The notes below the pieces were generated by a model that worked only from the letters and a program-made list of their open reading frames with translations, searched no databases and had not been told where the DNA came from. The position numbers were made by a program, and so were the translations under genes. Positions 11,760 through 24,445 of a stretch of DNA of 64,000 nucleotides are shown one piece after another. How positions within the stretch are numbered: the first letter of the stretch is position 1; the number at the start of each line of letters is the position of its first letter. The stretch is taken from the NCBI GenBank assembly GCA_013239625.1, contig MU054049.1:1129015-1193014 (forward strand), written 5' to 3'. The stretch comes from Lama guanicoe. Lineage: Eukaryota.

Positions 11760-12260
11760 TTGAATGCCACTTGAATTCTATAGCATTTGTGAAAGCTCAC
11801 TGTGCGCCGACACGGCTGAAACATAGCCTTGTCCTCCAGGAACCTCGATGCTCAAATGTCAGAACAATCATGGAGAAGATGTTTCAGGAAGCAGAACGAA
11901 TAGCATGGTGGGAGGCCAGGGGGAGCACGGATTTCTTCCCAGCAGAGAGACAGCAAAGGAGGTAGCATTTCAGCAGAGCCCAGAGGATGAGGGGAAGTCA
12001 GCGCATATGGGGAAGGCATGGCAGACTAAGGGGCCAGTGTGCGCGGACAGGAGAGATGAGAGCCCCCGAGAAGTCCCCTTACAGGGCCCCATCCATGGGC
12101 CCAGATGGGCCCTGGGTCTCTGCAGAGAGTAGAGTATCCTGGGTTGGCCAAAACTTGAGGAGGTGCTGGAGGTCCGGGCTAGGTGGCTCATGGTCCGCAC
12201 AACGGGCTGGTCAGGGGAGCCTGGGCTGATAAGCAGCAGGTGCATTTCTTCCACAGTGCC
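11760..12260 (+). mobile_element. L2 fragment(s)
   Basis: cttgtcctccaggaacctc...ttcccagcagagag...gtgtgcg L2-like motifs. Confidence 0.5.
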
Positions 12261-12856
12261 ACCCAGAGCATGTGCAGGAGTCTTCGTGCGCTCAGCCCTC
12301 ATCCATTCAGCAGGGTGGCAGCTCCCAGATGGCCCAGCTCCGGGCTAGACCTGGTGTGGCGCTCACAGAAGCATTTAGATGGAGCTGGCCACTGTGCCAT
12401 GGGGACAGAAGGTCCAGGCTCCACAAGTGAGAGGCCACCTGTGGTCAGCCTGAGGGCGCTCGCAGCAGGCCTGGGGCCCAGGGGCCAGACACAGAGGACG
12501 GGGAGGCCTCCGGGGATGGTGACAGAGGGACAAGAGGGCACTTGCTAAGTAAAGCGATAATAAACTGACTTCTGAGTCCCGTCCCTGCAGGTGAGGGGTT
12601 GAGGGGAGATGTCCTGTGGACACGGAGGTGGGGAGTGAGCTCACCCAGTCTGCATTTGTGCCCTGCCGAACCTCCACGCAGGGAAACCGAAGCCTAAGTA
12701 AACTTTCTCCTGAGAATATGTCAACCTCAGAAGTGAGAAAGGGGCATGCCCCTCTTCCCTCAGTGTCCCCCAGCTGTGACAGAATGGATGCGCCCCGCCT
12801 GAGCCTTCAGACAGGTTCATTTCCCCAGCCCATGGCGTGTTCTCTTTTCTGGACAG

Positions 12857-12941
12857 ATTTGGAAGACGGAGGACGTGAAGATGTCTGTTCCCGGGCAGGC
12901 AGCGACCGAGGAACCCTGGGCTCTGCCTCCAAGCCCGAGAG
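12857..12941 (+). CDS. WDFY4: WDFY4 coding exon (IWKTEDVKMSVPGQ...PPSPR)
   Basis: ttttctggacag acceptor, GAG|gtaact donor; 85 nt, phase 0-1; completes DGMVR-IWK. Confidence 0.93.
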
Positions 12942-14998
12942 GTAACTGCCCTGCTGGGGATACCCTTGCCTAGCTCGGCCCTCCATCCCCTCTTCTGTCC
13001 TCAGCACAAGGGCTGCAGCTCCCCCCAGGCCTACAGAGCCCTGGGAGGCCGTCGAGTGTCTTGGGATGTTGCCAGGTCTAGGGGCCACAGAACCACAACA
13101 GCCCACCTGTGTATTCAAAGGAACTCACAACTCTGCCTTGGAGAGCAGGGGCCAAACTCCCTCCCCTCCCCGGCCCGGCCCAGAGGAGAGCTCGCTTGTG
13201 AAGCAGCCAGGTGGCACTCCGGCTTGAGAGCACACCGTGTCAGTCTTGGGCTCAACCGCCCACTTCTGAAGCCACCGAGGTCTCATGAGCTGAAGGCGTC
13301 AGCTCAGCTCGTGGTCCATAAGTCGATGTCTGAGCAGGAACGCTGGCTGCGTGGGGGACGGAAGGAAGGAGGGAGGGGTAGATAAACAAAGAGGGCCTCG
13401 GAGCCATTCCGCCGGTTCTGAAAGTGCCAGTGGGTTCCCGGGTTCCTGCTCAGGATCAACGGTGGTGGTGAGCTTGTGTTCACTGGTGACAAGGACTCAT
13501 GAATGAGCAGCGGGAGGTGCCCTACTCCGGCCCCAGCAGCTTCTCTGGCCCCTGAAGTTCCCTCTGTCTGTAGAGGTACTTCCTCTACATCCTAACCGGT
13601 AGGAAGCTGAGGCCAGAGAAATAGTGGACATAGACAGGAGTCCACTCAACAAAATATGGGTCATTATTATCATTTTCTGGGACTTCCAAGAGACGTCTCC
13701 CCTGACACACCAGCCAGTGACATTAGGGGACCTACAATGGCGTCAGACTGACAGGAGCCCCAGGCCCTCACCCTTCCCCTGCTGTTTGTCCTGACCTGCC
13801 CAAGGTCACCACCGTCAAATCGAAGTAACTACCAGGGTTGTGGTTACAGTTCAAGGGAGGACTTGGATGAAATGACACGAGGGCACCAACATATTAATAA
13901 AACTCGGGCTGTGCCGCAGCGTGGAGTCAGCGAACCCATGTGCAGATTTGCAAACCTAAGCCCCTGGAGGGTTTCATGTTCTCATAATACTGCTTCACAC
14001 TGTCTTGCCGGAAGGGGACCGTCCTGGGCCTGACACGTGGCTGTTTGCACGGGTCTCATGCGTGTATTTCGCTGCATCCCTCAGATGCCGCAAGGGGCAC
14101 GAAGGGGGTTCTTTGAGGATATTGAAGATACTGCGTTTGTGCGCGGATGTAATCTGGCTTCTGCCTGGGATTCATTTATTTGTCATTTGCAGCAGGGGCC
14201 AACCCAGTTGAGTACACTTTATTTTAGGAATCACGCCACAGATTTGGGCTCAATCTGGTCCATAAAACGTGCTTAGGAAAAGCTTGGTTTTTGACCTTTT
14301 GCACAAACCCAGAAACCACATGCATTTCCTGGTGCACAGAACTGTCTGCCACCCTGGGACAGCGGGGACAGCCACATCAGTCCTGCCCCGACTCCACCCA
14401 GGTGACTTTGCAGAGATGTCCCCAGCCAATGTCTGTCCATCTTACCCTCCACGAAGGAATTACCGTCTGTCCCCAAATCCAGTCATTAAAATGAGTGGAA
14501 TAACAATCATCAAGTTATGTTTTTTGAGAAAAACCTTCTCAGCATTTAATTATTGGTTGTGGCGTGAGAGGATTTAGATAAGTTGATAATGCCGGCTTTA
14601 TGTAATTTATTTTTACTGGGCAATTATGGGCCGCATTACACCCTGGCAGCAAGGTATTGTGGGGCATCTTATTAAGCATACAGCCAGTAAACACTGATGA
14701 ACAATTTTGCTGAACTAGGCATGCAATTTAGAAAGCAATAATACACAAATCCAATTTGGTACACAATGGATACCGCAGCACGTCAGCACATGTAACTATC
14801 ACAGCCTGCAAATTAAATTGGGACGGCCCTTTTTTGCAACAGCACAGGCCAAGATTAAATCTATTTTCCCCCTCAATTTAACAAGTTGCTGACCACAAAT
14901 GTATGTGTTTGTGTTCGTAGCCGTGCATATGGACATACACACGCACGTGTGTGAAGCCACCGGGGTTTTCTAACTGTCCCCTCGCACGCCCCTCACAG

Positions 14999-15110
14999 GT
15001 CACAGGTGGGAGAAGAACCTCGCCCTTTGCAGAGAGCTGGATGTCAGCGTTGCTTTGACAGGGAAGCCCGGCAAGACCAGCTCTGCGGTGACGGCTCTGG
15101 CCGTGTCCAG
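14999..15110 (+). CDS. WDFY4: WDFY4 penultimate exon (GHRWEKNLALCRELDVS...AVTALAVS)
   Basis: branch-like ttctaac near 14968, cctcacag acceptor, CAG|gtaacg donor; 112 nt, phase 1-2. Confidence 0.94.
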
Positions 15111-15135
15111 GTAACGGTGGCCTGGCTGCTCCAGG

Positions 15136-15154
15136 CCTCCAGCAGAGGGCGCTG
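15136..15154 (+). promoter_or_regulatory. CTCF motif CCTCCAGCAGAGGGCGCTG
   Basis: close match to the core CCASYAGRKGGCRS. Confidence 0.6.
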
Positions 15155-15334
15155 TATCCTCCCCAGGAAGCCCTGGCTGTTCCTGTTGTGGCCACGGGGC
15201 CCTGAGAGGTGCAGCCTCACTCCAGGGACCCCCGGACCCAGGCAGGCCCAGCGTGTGCAGCGTACAGGAGGGGTGGCCATGGAGGGCCCTTGGAAATGTT
15301 TTTCGACACATTAATGTTCTTGCTCGCTCTTTCT

Positions 15335-15641
15335 TACTTTTTAAAATTTTTTCTTTCTTTCTTTTTTTTTTAATTGAAGTATAGTCAGTTTGCAATGTCA
15401 GTTTCTGGTGTACAGCATCAAGTTTCAGTCATACATGTACACACATATATTCCTTGTCATATTCTTTTTCATGATAGGTCACTACAAGATACTGAATATA
15501 GTTCCCTGTGCCCTACAGTAGGACCTTGTTGCTTATCTATTTTATATGTAGTAGTCAGTATCTGCAAATCCCAAGCTCCCAGTTTACCCCTTCTCACCCC
15601 CTTTCCTCCCTGGTAAGCATAAGTTTGTTTTCTATGTCTGT
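15335..15641 (-). mobile_element. Young 5'-truncated L1 3' end, antisense in the WDFY4 last intron
   Basis: poly-T then aattgaagtatagtcagttt...ctacagtaggaccttgttg; flanked by ctcgctct direct repeats (about 15323 and 15642). Confidence 0.88.
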
Positions 15642-16464
15642 CTCGCTCTCTTGAATATCTATGAATTCATAAAGAAATCCAGAAGGTAAAAGTATATTGT
15701 TCTGTGATTTTGTCCTAAAAGGAGGCCTTTTTCCCTGAAGTCCTCTGCCAAGTGCAGTATTTGGAATGACAGTTATACTGCATCACAGAGAACGCCTTTC
15801 GAGGGCTCTAAGCGCACACGGAATAGACGAGGGTCAGAAACCACACTTGCTGACACTGTTTATTCTTCACAAACGCCCAGCGGCAGGACTCACGAGCGCC
15901 AGCCTGCCCTCCACGCTAGGAAGTGTCGTCTCAGGAGGGGGCAGGCCTCCGGGAGTTGCATTTCTTCTCCCCTCCCCACCCGGGAGTGGGCCGCTTGGGG
16001 TCCCTGGTGGTGGAACCACATGCCATTCTAGACGGCAGGCTGAGGTGGGGTGGCTCGGGGCTAGGGGTGGCACGTGGGTAGACAGAAGGCCCTGAGCCCT
16101 AATTCTGTGCTGGAGAACTGGCCCTTCCTCCCACCCATGGGCCTGGCTGCATCTCTCACAGGACAAGAGACACACCTGGAGATGCTGGAGAGGAAGTCTG
16201 GGCCTTGCCCTGCTGCCTGGAGCCTGGGCATCCGGGAGCGTCCACTCAGTGCTCTGGGGGCCACAACCCTCCTAATGCAAAAGGTCTCCCTGTCAGAAGA
16301 TTCTCCAGGGCCCCTGCCCTGCCTTAGGTGGAGGCCCCGGGCCAGGTGCAGGCTCCTGGGGGGCCTGACCGAAGCCCCCCGCCCCCGATGGTGCCGTGTC
16401 CTGAGTGCAGGCTGGGACGAGCAGGCTGGGTCTAACACTCCCGTCTCTTCTTTCTCTTCCCCAG

Positions 16465-16531
16465 AAACCAGACCAAACTCCTGGTCGGCGACGAGAAGGG
16501 GAGAATATTCTGCTGGTCTGCAGAGGGGTAG
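16465..16531 (+). CDS. WDFY4: WDFY4 terminal coding exon (RNQTKLLVGDEKGRIFCWSAEG*)
   Basis: strong polypyrimidine tract plus ccag acceptor; phase 2; TAG at 16529-16531; matches recalled WDFY4 C-terminus LLVGDERGRIFCWSADG. Confidence 0.96.
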
Positions 16532-16965
16532 GAAGAGAGAGCCAATGGAGGTCCTGGCACGGCAGCTGGGTGCCCCAAGGGGCAGCAGCACCAGGTGGAA
16601 GATGGGGAAGCAGAGTCTGAGGCAGAAAGGAAACCCCCAGGGCCTCCCTTCCTCCTGGTCCCCGAGGACGGGGCGGCTGGCCACCAGAGCCCCACACCTG
16701 GAGCCCCCTCTATGGCCGTAGGACTTGACCTTGGCCTTGGCGCTGCACAAGGATGCGCTTCTACTCGACCGATCTGTGCGCGCACCCGGGGCCTGCGAAC
16801 AGCGTGCTGGAAACCGTGGCTTACAGGTGCCCACGGGCACACAAAATCACATGACTCATCTTTTTGAGGGCTTGTTGCACTGAAAAAACATTGAGTGGCT
16901 TACTGGAAACTAATGGGAAGGCCTAGGTTGTCTTTATTTTATTAAAACAACTGTTTTCCAAATGC
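16532..16965 (+). other. WDFY4: WDFY4 3'UTR (approximate end)
   Basis: between the stop codon and the ATTAAA signal; cleavage site inferred. Confidence 0.65.
16941..16946 (+). terminator. Poly(A) signal ATTAAA of WDFY4
   Basis: first strong hexamer after the stop codon, preceded by U-rich tctttatttt. Confidence 0.7.
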
Positions 16966-18486
16966 AAGAGGGCTCTTGAGTTGAAAATTGCCCCCCTTTC
17001 CCACTGAGGCATTTGGAGCCCCTCACTCAGGCAGGAAGGCCTCAGGGAAGCACAGCCCACCTTCGAAGTGTGCCTCAGCCCCTCCGTCTCCCTCAGTGGA
17101 ATCGGGCTTCTCCCGTGTCTTGTCCGCCATGCAGGGGTTCTCGGGGAGGGGTCCTCACTCAGGAGGCCCCACTTCCATGGCTGAGGCTCAGGACGTGGAA
17201 GGCATAGGCGAGTCAGCTGGAAGGAAGACCCCGCCTAGGGTGCCTGTGCCCGTCTCTGCTCCCTGCAGTGGGCGGCGGTGGGTCCCGGCCGGCCTCAGGG
17301 GTTTCCCAGGGACCCGTTCTTACAAGGTAAAGAGCCCCAGTCCACGTGCTGATTTGGAGTTGCAGCTCATCCTGGGAAAATCTGGACTGCCATGAGACAT
17401 TTGTTCTCCATCTGAAAATAACATGGCAGGGGGGTGGTTGGCCCTGCAGAGGAATTCCAGTACCTTCTAGTGCCTGAGTCACTCTCCAGTCATTGGTTCA
17501 TTGGACACCGGACATCGGTTCAGTCATTGGACATTGAAGACATCACCCTCATTCTAACGTCTCTCTCCACCCCCAGCCTTTCAGACCCTTGAAAAGAAAT
17601 TCACCTGCATCTTCAATGAAATCCAGCCAAAGTGGGTGCACAGGGATATGGGGGGGAGTGACACTTTTTAGCTGTAACTCCTTCCCTGAAACTTTCCTTC
17701 GAGAGAACACAATCCTTCCAGTATGTCTCCAAGCCCTGCAGGGGCCCCGGTGGCTGGCCCACGCCAGTTTAGCTCAGGCCTGGGGATGGCCAAAAAAAAA
17801 GGACTCAGTGTCTTAATGGCTTGGGCGATCTGGCCTCAGCTGGTGAGTGGTGGGTGCACAGGGAGTCAAGGTAAAGACAAATATGAAGGAAGAAGAGGTG
17901 GTATATCTATGTCAAAAATAGTGAGTGAAGGCTGGTTAGAAAATAGTGCTCTACCTGTCAGCTTGGAGGTCTCTGCAGAGGGCGCCCTGGAAGAGGAGGC
18001 GCATCTCAGGTCCGCGCAGCCCTCCCTGGGTGAGAAGGGCGCACGTCTGACCCCAGGGCCAAGGATCACACCACCTCCGGCACTTTCTGCATGTGCTATT
18101 AGCAGACAACCCATTTGCAATCCCCTAGTCCGTCTGGGGCTGCACCGGAGGACCATAAATGGAAGAGCAGAGAGCACCCCTCCCCAGGAAGGCCAAGAAG
18201 CAGGGTCGTAAATATCGAGGGTCTGCCGTCATGTTTCCAAACGCAATTCCCAGCGTTTACTCCGGGCTGAAAGGGCTGCTGGCCCGAAGGCCATCTTGAG
18301 CTCACTGATTCAGCCAGCATCGCCTGAGCACTGCCTCTTGCATCCCCGTATCACAGGAAAAATGGGGGGATGGAGTTGGGTCTTGTTGCTGGGGGCTTGG
18401 GGCTCAGATGTTTGTGCAGAAAAATGTGACATGAGGTGGAAAGGCTAAAGAGAGACTTCTCGTGCCCTAGGGAGTGACATCCTGGC

Positions 18487-18830
18487 TGTGGTGGTTCGCT
18501 AGGGCAGCCAGAGCAAAGTACTGCAGGCTGGGGCTGGCAGTCTGAGATGAACGTGTCCGCGGGGCTGGTTCCTTCTGAGACCACTCTACTTGGCGTATTG
18601 ATGGTCCCCTTCTCCCTGTGTCTTCACATGGTTTTCCTTTGTACCCGTTTGTGCTGAATTTCCCCTTCTTAGAAGGACATTAGTCCTACTGGATTAGGAC
18701 CCATGCACAGGACCTCATTTCACCTTAATTGTCTCCTTAAAGATGTTCTCCAAATACAGTCACTTTCTGAGGTCCTGGGGATTCAGACTTCAGTGTATGG
18801 TCTTGGGGGAAGACAGTTCAACCCATGACA
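18487..18830 (-). mobile_element. MaLR solo LTR (MLT1-type)
   Basis: TG...CA ends (acagttcaacccatgaca), ctggttccttctgag, ggattaggaccc; 5-bp flanks ctggc/ctgac. Confidence 0.85.
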
Positions 18831-21214
18831 CTGACTGAAGGAGGCGGCCCTGCAGCAAGACTTGGAAGGACAAGTCCGACTTGGCCTTGGGAGCTGGAGA
18901 GTAGGGTTTAAAGGAACAGGGGACAGTGTGGGCAGAGACAGGGCATGTCAGGCTGGAGGCAGAAAGAACAAGCAGGCAGAGACAGAAGGCCAGGCAGGGG
19001 CTGGGGCTGGGGGCGGGGGAGGCTGCTGCCCTGGGGCTGGAGGCTCGTGATGGGGTGGGGTGAGTGGGAGTGAGGTGGGTGGAGATGGACTCCCAGTGCC
19101 CAGCTCATAGAAGGTTCTCCTCAAGTATTGCTCAAGTCTACTAACCTATGGATGAGTGACTGAACCGTGGTGGCAGACATTTCAGAGTCAGTGGTTCTAA
19201 GAGAGGAAAAACCCCTCTGAGTGATGGCAGGTGCAGTAGCAGCCCCTCCATGGTGGGAAGAGACTCCAGGAGGAGGACGGGTGCCGTGCCTCAGGCCCAG
19301 GATGCAGCTGGGGATGGTGGCAGCAGCCTGGAATGAAGTAGTCGATGCCCTGCATGGAGCTGGGAGCGGTGGAGCATCCGTGGAGCAGGAGAGGCGGAGG
19401 GCACAGCGAGCCCTGGGGAGGAGGCGGAGGAGGAGTGGGGGAGGCAGGCTCACTGTCAGGTGCTCCCACGTCTATGTCAGGGAAGATTCAAGTGATTTCC
19501 TAGTGGCACTAAATTGAGAGCCCGCCTTCCACTGGGATCAGCTCCCTTGTCCCCTGAAGGAAGGAAACTGCTCTGCACACAGATCCAGAGGGGAGCGGGG
19601 ACGCCCTGACCATCACTGCAGAGCTCCCCCGCCATAGGCTCTGGTGGGGTCCGAAGCAGCGTCTCCTGGGGGAACAGAGTGGCCCTGGAAGGGGGAGGAG
19701 AAAGCTCAGGCACAATGCACGTCCAGGGTCCACAGGCTCTGGGCAACCTGGGTGACAGAAGGGCCCCGCTCAGAATTTCGGCAGCCGGCTGGTTGGGCCT
19801 GGGGTCCCTGACGATGGTCAGTGATGGAGGGAAACCCAGGCTAGAGGCCCGGGGAGTGGGGCGGGGGAGCAGGCTCGGCACCTGCACCCTCACCAGAGGG
19901 GCAGCCAGGGCAGAGGCGGGAGCACTGGCAGACCGGGCCGAGGGCCACATGGGTGCGAGCTTGCCAGCACCCCATATCCATCAGGGACAAGGGGGCCCCG
20001 AAGCAGGAGCCGTGCCAAGCTGGACCTTCACAGCTCAGTGCTCGGAGAACAGAATCTGAGAACAGGCACACGCAGTGAAGGTCACGGATGAGAGCAGCGC
20101 CCAGGGACCAGGCAGCCTGAGCCCCGTTCCCAGTGTCCCCACTTGTCGCCAACTTCAGCCTCGGCTTCCGTATCTGTAAGATTGGACCCTGGTGTCTACA
20201 CGAGGGCTGGTTATGAGACTGAGGTCACATCTGTTTATCTGCTGGAGGGATGAAGAAAACGATGGACCACCAGTCCTGAAATGATGTCATCTTTCAACCC
20301 ATCACTTGTCCATTCACTCACCACTATCTTTTCTCGCTGAGCCAGGCCTTGTGCTGGGGCCCCAGGGGACAGAGAGCCATTCTGCCCATGCCCGGGAAGC
20401 CCCCTGCCAGCGCCGGGGAAAGACACGGAGAAAACCCGGGGGGAAGCACTCTCACTCATGCCCAGACGTGTGTCAGCTGGAGCCCAGGCACACATGTGGG
20501 GATGGCATTGCTTCGGGAATTCTGAAACACAAGTCCGGCTCTCAGGCTCTTGGTCCCCAGCTAGAGCAGAAGCTACAGTTTGCATGTTGGGGAAAAAAAT
20601 TCTCCCAGGTGATACTGTTGTGAGTCCCCACAAGGAGATGCTCTGGAGGAGACAGTGACAGGACGGGATGAGGATGGAGGAGTTTGTCCCCTGCTGCCCA
20701 CCCTGCAGTGTCAAAACAGGTAGCTTGTGAGTGGCATCTGAGATCGGGGACCCCGTAGTCCACTCCCGTTCACCAGCTCAGCCTGAGACAGCAGCCATGC
20801 CCAGCTCTCAGCCAGCTGAGCTCCTCTCGCGACAACTTCTTAATGACTTCCCCCAACCCCTCGGCTGTGATGACCCAGGGCCCCGAGCCCACCTCCACCA
20901 GCAGTGCCGCAGCCCCTGGTCCCGCCCTGGGACAGGCTCAGCAATGCTCACCATTCCAGATGAGAGCTTCTCTCCCCGCCCCCATTCGTCCTGGTAACAC
21001 TCAGCATCCTCTGAGAGGCTGGGGAAGAGGGCCCAGAGAAAGGGACATGCCTCTAATTGCAGACAGGAAAGCAGGGCTTCCCAGGGCGTCTGCAAAAGCA
21101 CCAGCTCAGGGTGCGCACCCGAGTCCACCCTCCGGGAGGTGGCTGTACCCACTGTGGGCCCCAGGAAGACCCAGGCCATGCCCACCTCACCATCTGGGCT
21201 GGTTTGACCTCACC

Positions 21215-21310
21215 TGGGATATACTTTAAAAAGGCGTTTGCTGTTTATTGGAAGTTGAAATTCCCCAGTTGGGCATCTTGTGTTTGTATTTGCTAAATCA
21301 GAGTGCCCTG
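21215..21310. mobile_element. MER53-like hAT fragment
   Basis: gttgaaattc...gggcatcttgtgtttgtatttgctaaatc resembles the MER53 end. Confidence 0.55.
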
Positions 21311-23639
21311 TACCCTGGACGCATTAGAGGCCAGAAAGGGTGGTGCCCTGGCCAAAGGCATGACACACCCCACAGGCACTCAGCGTGTGTTGGGGGAACT
21401 GCTTCTCTCAAGCAGACAGAAATTCAACAGCGGAAGCACGTGGAAGAACCAGGTTCCCAAGGCCCCTGGGTCCCTCTGGACCTCACTCCTGAGGAATAGA
21501 GCCTCTTGTCCCACGCTAGCCCTCTGCTTTCATTCCTTTGTGCCCTGGGCTCCTGGGAGAGAAGCCTAGGCCCCTGGAAACCAATTGTGACAGCAGCGGC
21601 CTCCCCCAAGCCCAGCCGGTAGCCGGGAGCTGAGCCCTGAGAGCCCAGTCCTGGGGCCTGCCGAGAACTCGGAACCTGGATTTGAGCACATTAGCATGCC
21701 GCCAAGCCGGGCACGTCTGGGGAGGAACAGACTCTTCATATGAAAACCCTGATGAAATTTGTTTAGCATCAAATCAAATCTTTCTAAGCCAAAATCAGTT
21801 TTGCTTTAGCCAATTCTTGGGTACACATCACACGTCCAGATCAGGTGTGTGTGTGGGTGTGTGTGTGTGCGTGCACGCGCATGCTCACATGTGTGTGTTG
21901 TTTCTATTGTGCTCTTACAGGCTGCTGCCCACAGCACCTTCATAGCTTCTTAGTAAACAGGAGGATTCTCCAGGTTGTCTCCTTTCCCCAAATCCTGGGA
22001 AGCTCAGGGAACAGTGTGTTGCCCTGGCTGAGATCTCTGCCCTCAAACTGGTTGACACAGAGACATCCCACCCGAGGCCCTTGACCGCCGTGTGCCAGGA
22101 ATGCATCATTACTGACCCACCGCTCTGCAGTGACTCAGAAGTGGTCCGTGTGCCCCGTGCGGGGCAAGGCACATTGCAGGCCCACCGTCTGCACCCAGGC
22201 GTTAGGCACGGATGGTTTCTCGTGGACACTGGAGAGATGGCTCCCTTTAACTATCATCTGTGCAATTGTCCATTTATTCATTCATTCATTCACTAGCTTT
22301 GTCCAAGTGTCCACTGAGTGCCTGTTCTGTGTCCAGCTGAGGCAGGATGGAGAGGGCTGAGTCTGGACACAGATGCCTGAAACTTAACCCCTAAGAGGTT
22401 GTGGCCATCAGGGGTCACCCAGACCCTTTGACTCTGCCATTTTACACATCTCTTCATAGGTGAGGAATCCAGAGAAGGAAGTGACTTGTCTAAGGTTGAG
22501 TGATAGGTCACTCGCAGAACCCAGCCAGGGTTCCAGGCCAGAGCACCCTGGGTACCACATGGCCTTGTGTGCCTTAGGGGGACCACAGGCAAATGCAAGT
22601 CTAAACAGTCTACGTCCAGGCGCTAGAGCCTCGATGCCCCAGCTTACTCTCCAACACCTTGGTTTCCAAAAACAGCTGTCCCTCCCCACCTCAGAGGAAG
22701 AATGGGCACGGATGCTTCTGGAAGAATCAAAAAAAGGGGGTCATGGAGCAGAATCTTTGTGTCAGAAGAGACCAGCTTGCATACCTCCTGCAACACGGAG
22801 CTCACTGCTGCAGGAGGCAACTGCCCAGACTGCGAGGCTCAGCCTCCTTAACTTGGAGCCGAGTCACAGGAGGCCCCTGCGCTCGGCAGTCTGGCTCCAG
22901 AGGCCCACTTGCCATTTCTTTTTGGTTGTTTTGTAAAATCTGAGTAATAATTACTGACCTCACAGGTCATCGTGAAGATTAAATGAGATAATGTGTGTCA
23001 GGTTCCTAGCACAGAGGGGCTCAAAAGATGCTCATTACTATGATTTATTAGGAATGTGGTTTCTCACACAAAGCCTGGGAAGAGAATGACAACTTTCCCT
23101 CTCTTTTCTCCCTCTTCCCTGAGGCATTATCCCCTCATTCAAATGCTTCCTGAGTTTTCTCCTTCCTGTACCCCCTTTGTGATTTTTCTATATCACATGT
23201 ATTGATTACAATTTGCTTAGTTGTCTTTTTTGAACTTTAACCTCATCTAAGCATTAGTGTCTGTGAAATCACTGGTTTGATGTCCAGTCTGTATTTTAAT
23301 TAAATACAAATAAATGGAAAAATACCCTCTTGGCCATGCATCCCCAAGAACCACCTAGAACTCTCTCAAACCACCTAGAACCACATCTTGGTGTTCCTGG
23401 CATCCTCTTTTTATATTCTAGGAGATACCATCCTTACCCAAGGCCCTGGGGCAGGCTCTGCATTTTACCAGGGAGATGACCCAGAGGAGGTTCTGGGTAA
23501 GTCTGCCCACGCCAGGTTAGCACATGGTGGAAGAGACCAGTTCCCATCCCCATCCCCCAAAGGAATTCCTTCCCTGCACCCAGAGAAGGGGAGGCATAAG
23601 GCTGTGGCTCACATCTGGATGCAGACCCCTGGGATCAAG

Positions 23640-23830
23640 GCCTGACTTCTTATGAGCTGAGTAACTTGGGCAAGTTGGCTAACCTACTCATTTCTGGATG
23701 TCTTCTATAAAACAGAATCATAGTGCCTACCTCATAGAGTGGTTGTAAGAATTTAAGAGCCTATGTGTAAGGTGAGAAATCTCACACTTGGAGCATGAGA
23801 TGTTGTCAGGAATATAATCATTACCATTAC
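23640..23830 (+). mobile_element. MIR
   Basis: gagtaacttgggcaagtt...ctacctcatagagtggttgtaagaattta. Confidence 0.75.
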
Positions 23831-23973
23831 TATGTGATAATTCACATCTCCTTCTTGGCTCAGCCAGCCACTCTCCAATTCAGCCCATATTTATTCATAG
23901 TCATTTATCAAGGACTTGATCTTCTTGGTACCAGAATGTGATGGCTAACAAGATGGATATGGTCAGCAAAGTG

Positions 23974-24445
23974 TGTTACAGTTCAGTTGCGACAGCAACC
24001 TGGATCCGGGCAAGAGACCAAGCAGCACTCAAAGGGTTGGAGAACTCAGGTGTATTACACCAGCAGGCCCAGAGGAGTTAACACTCCAAGCTCTGCACCC
24101 TGTCTGTAGGTTTACATAGGCTTTTATAGGCTGCCATTCTACACTTTGCAACATCACATGTAAATAAGGTGTAACAAAGTTGACTAATTACGAAAGAGCT
24201 TTGTAGAAATGGACCAACCAGGAGTGAGCTCCATGCAAATGAGGTGCTACAAATGGACCAATCAGGAGTTAGCTCAGGGAACCAATAGAATCTTAGGGGT
24301 AAGTTCCATTTTCCTAGAAGTAAGCCATTTCAGAGGCAAACAGCGAGATAATGCCGCCGGGCCAGGAAACCGGATGGTGCTGACAGGAGAGTAGTGGCCC
24401 TGCCTGGGGTTCCTGCTTATATTTTTCATGGGGCTTCCCACCTCA
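23974..24445 (-). mobile_element. ERV solo LTR (472 bp), probably lineage-specific, inserted in an L2-like fragment
   Basis: TG...CA termini; minus-strand TATA (CTATAAAA, 24122-24129); repeated CCAAT boxes; AATACA at 24051-24056; flanks agtg/cgtg. Confidence 0.75.

Noticed and set aside
16061..16840. Long overlapping ORFs (259 aa on -, 215 aa on +) around the WDFY4 last exon
   Set aside because: GC-rich, stop-poor sequence rich in P/R/G/S with no recognisable domain; the real exon is in another frame
17485..17545. Locally repeated cagtcattgg/ggacat units (also aaccacctagaac twice near 23349-23383)
   Set aside because: Irregular slippage duplications; no constant repeat-spacer pattern, so not CRISPR-like
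17000..23000. Expected position of human MIR4294 downstream of WDFY4
   Set aside because: No matching hairpin recognised by eye; not called without an alignment
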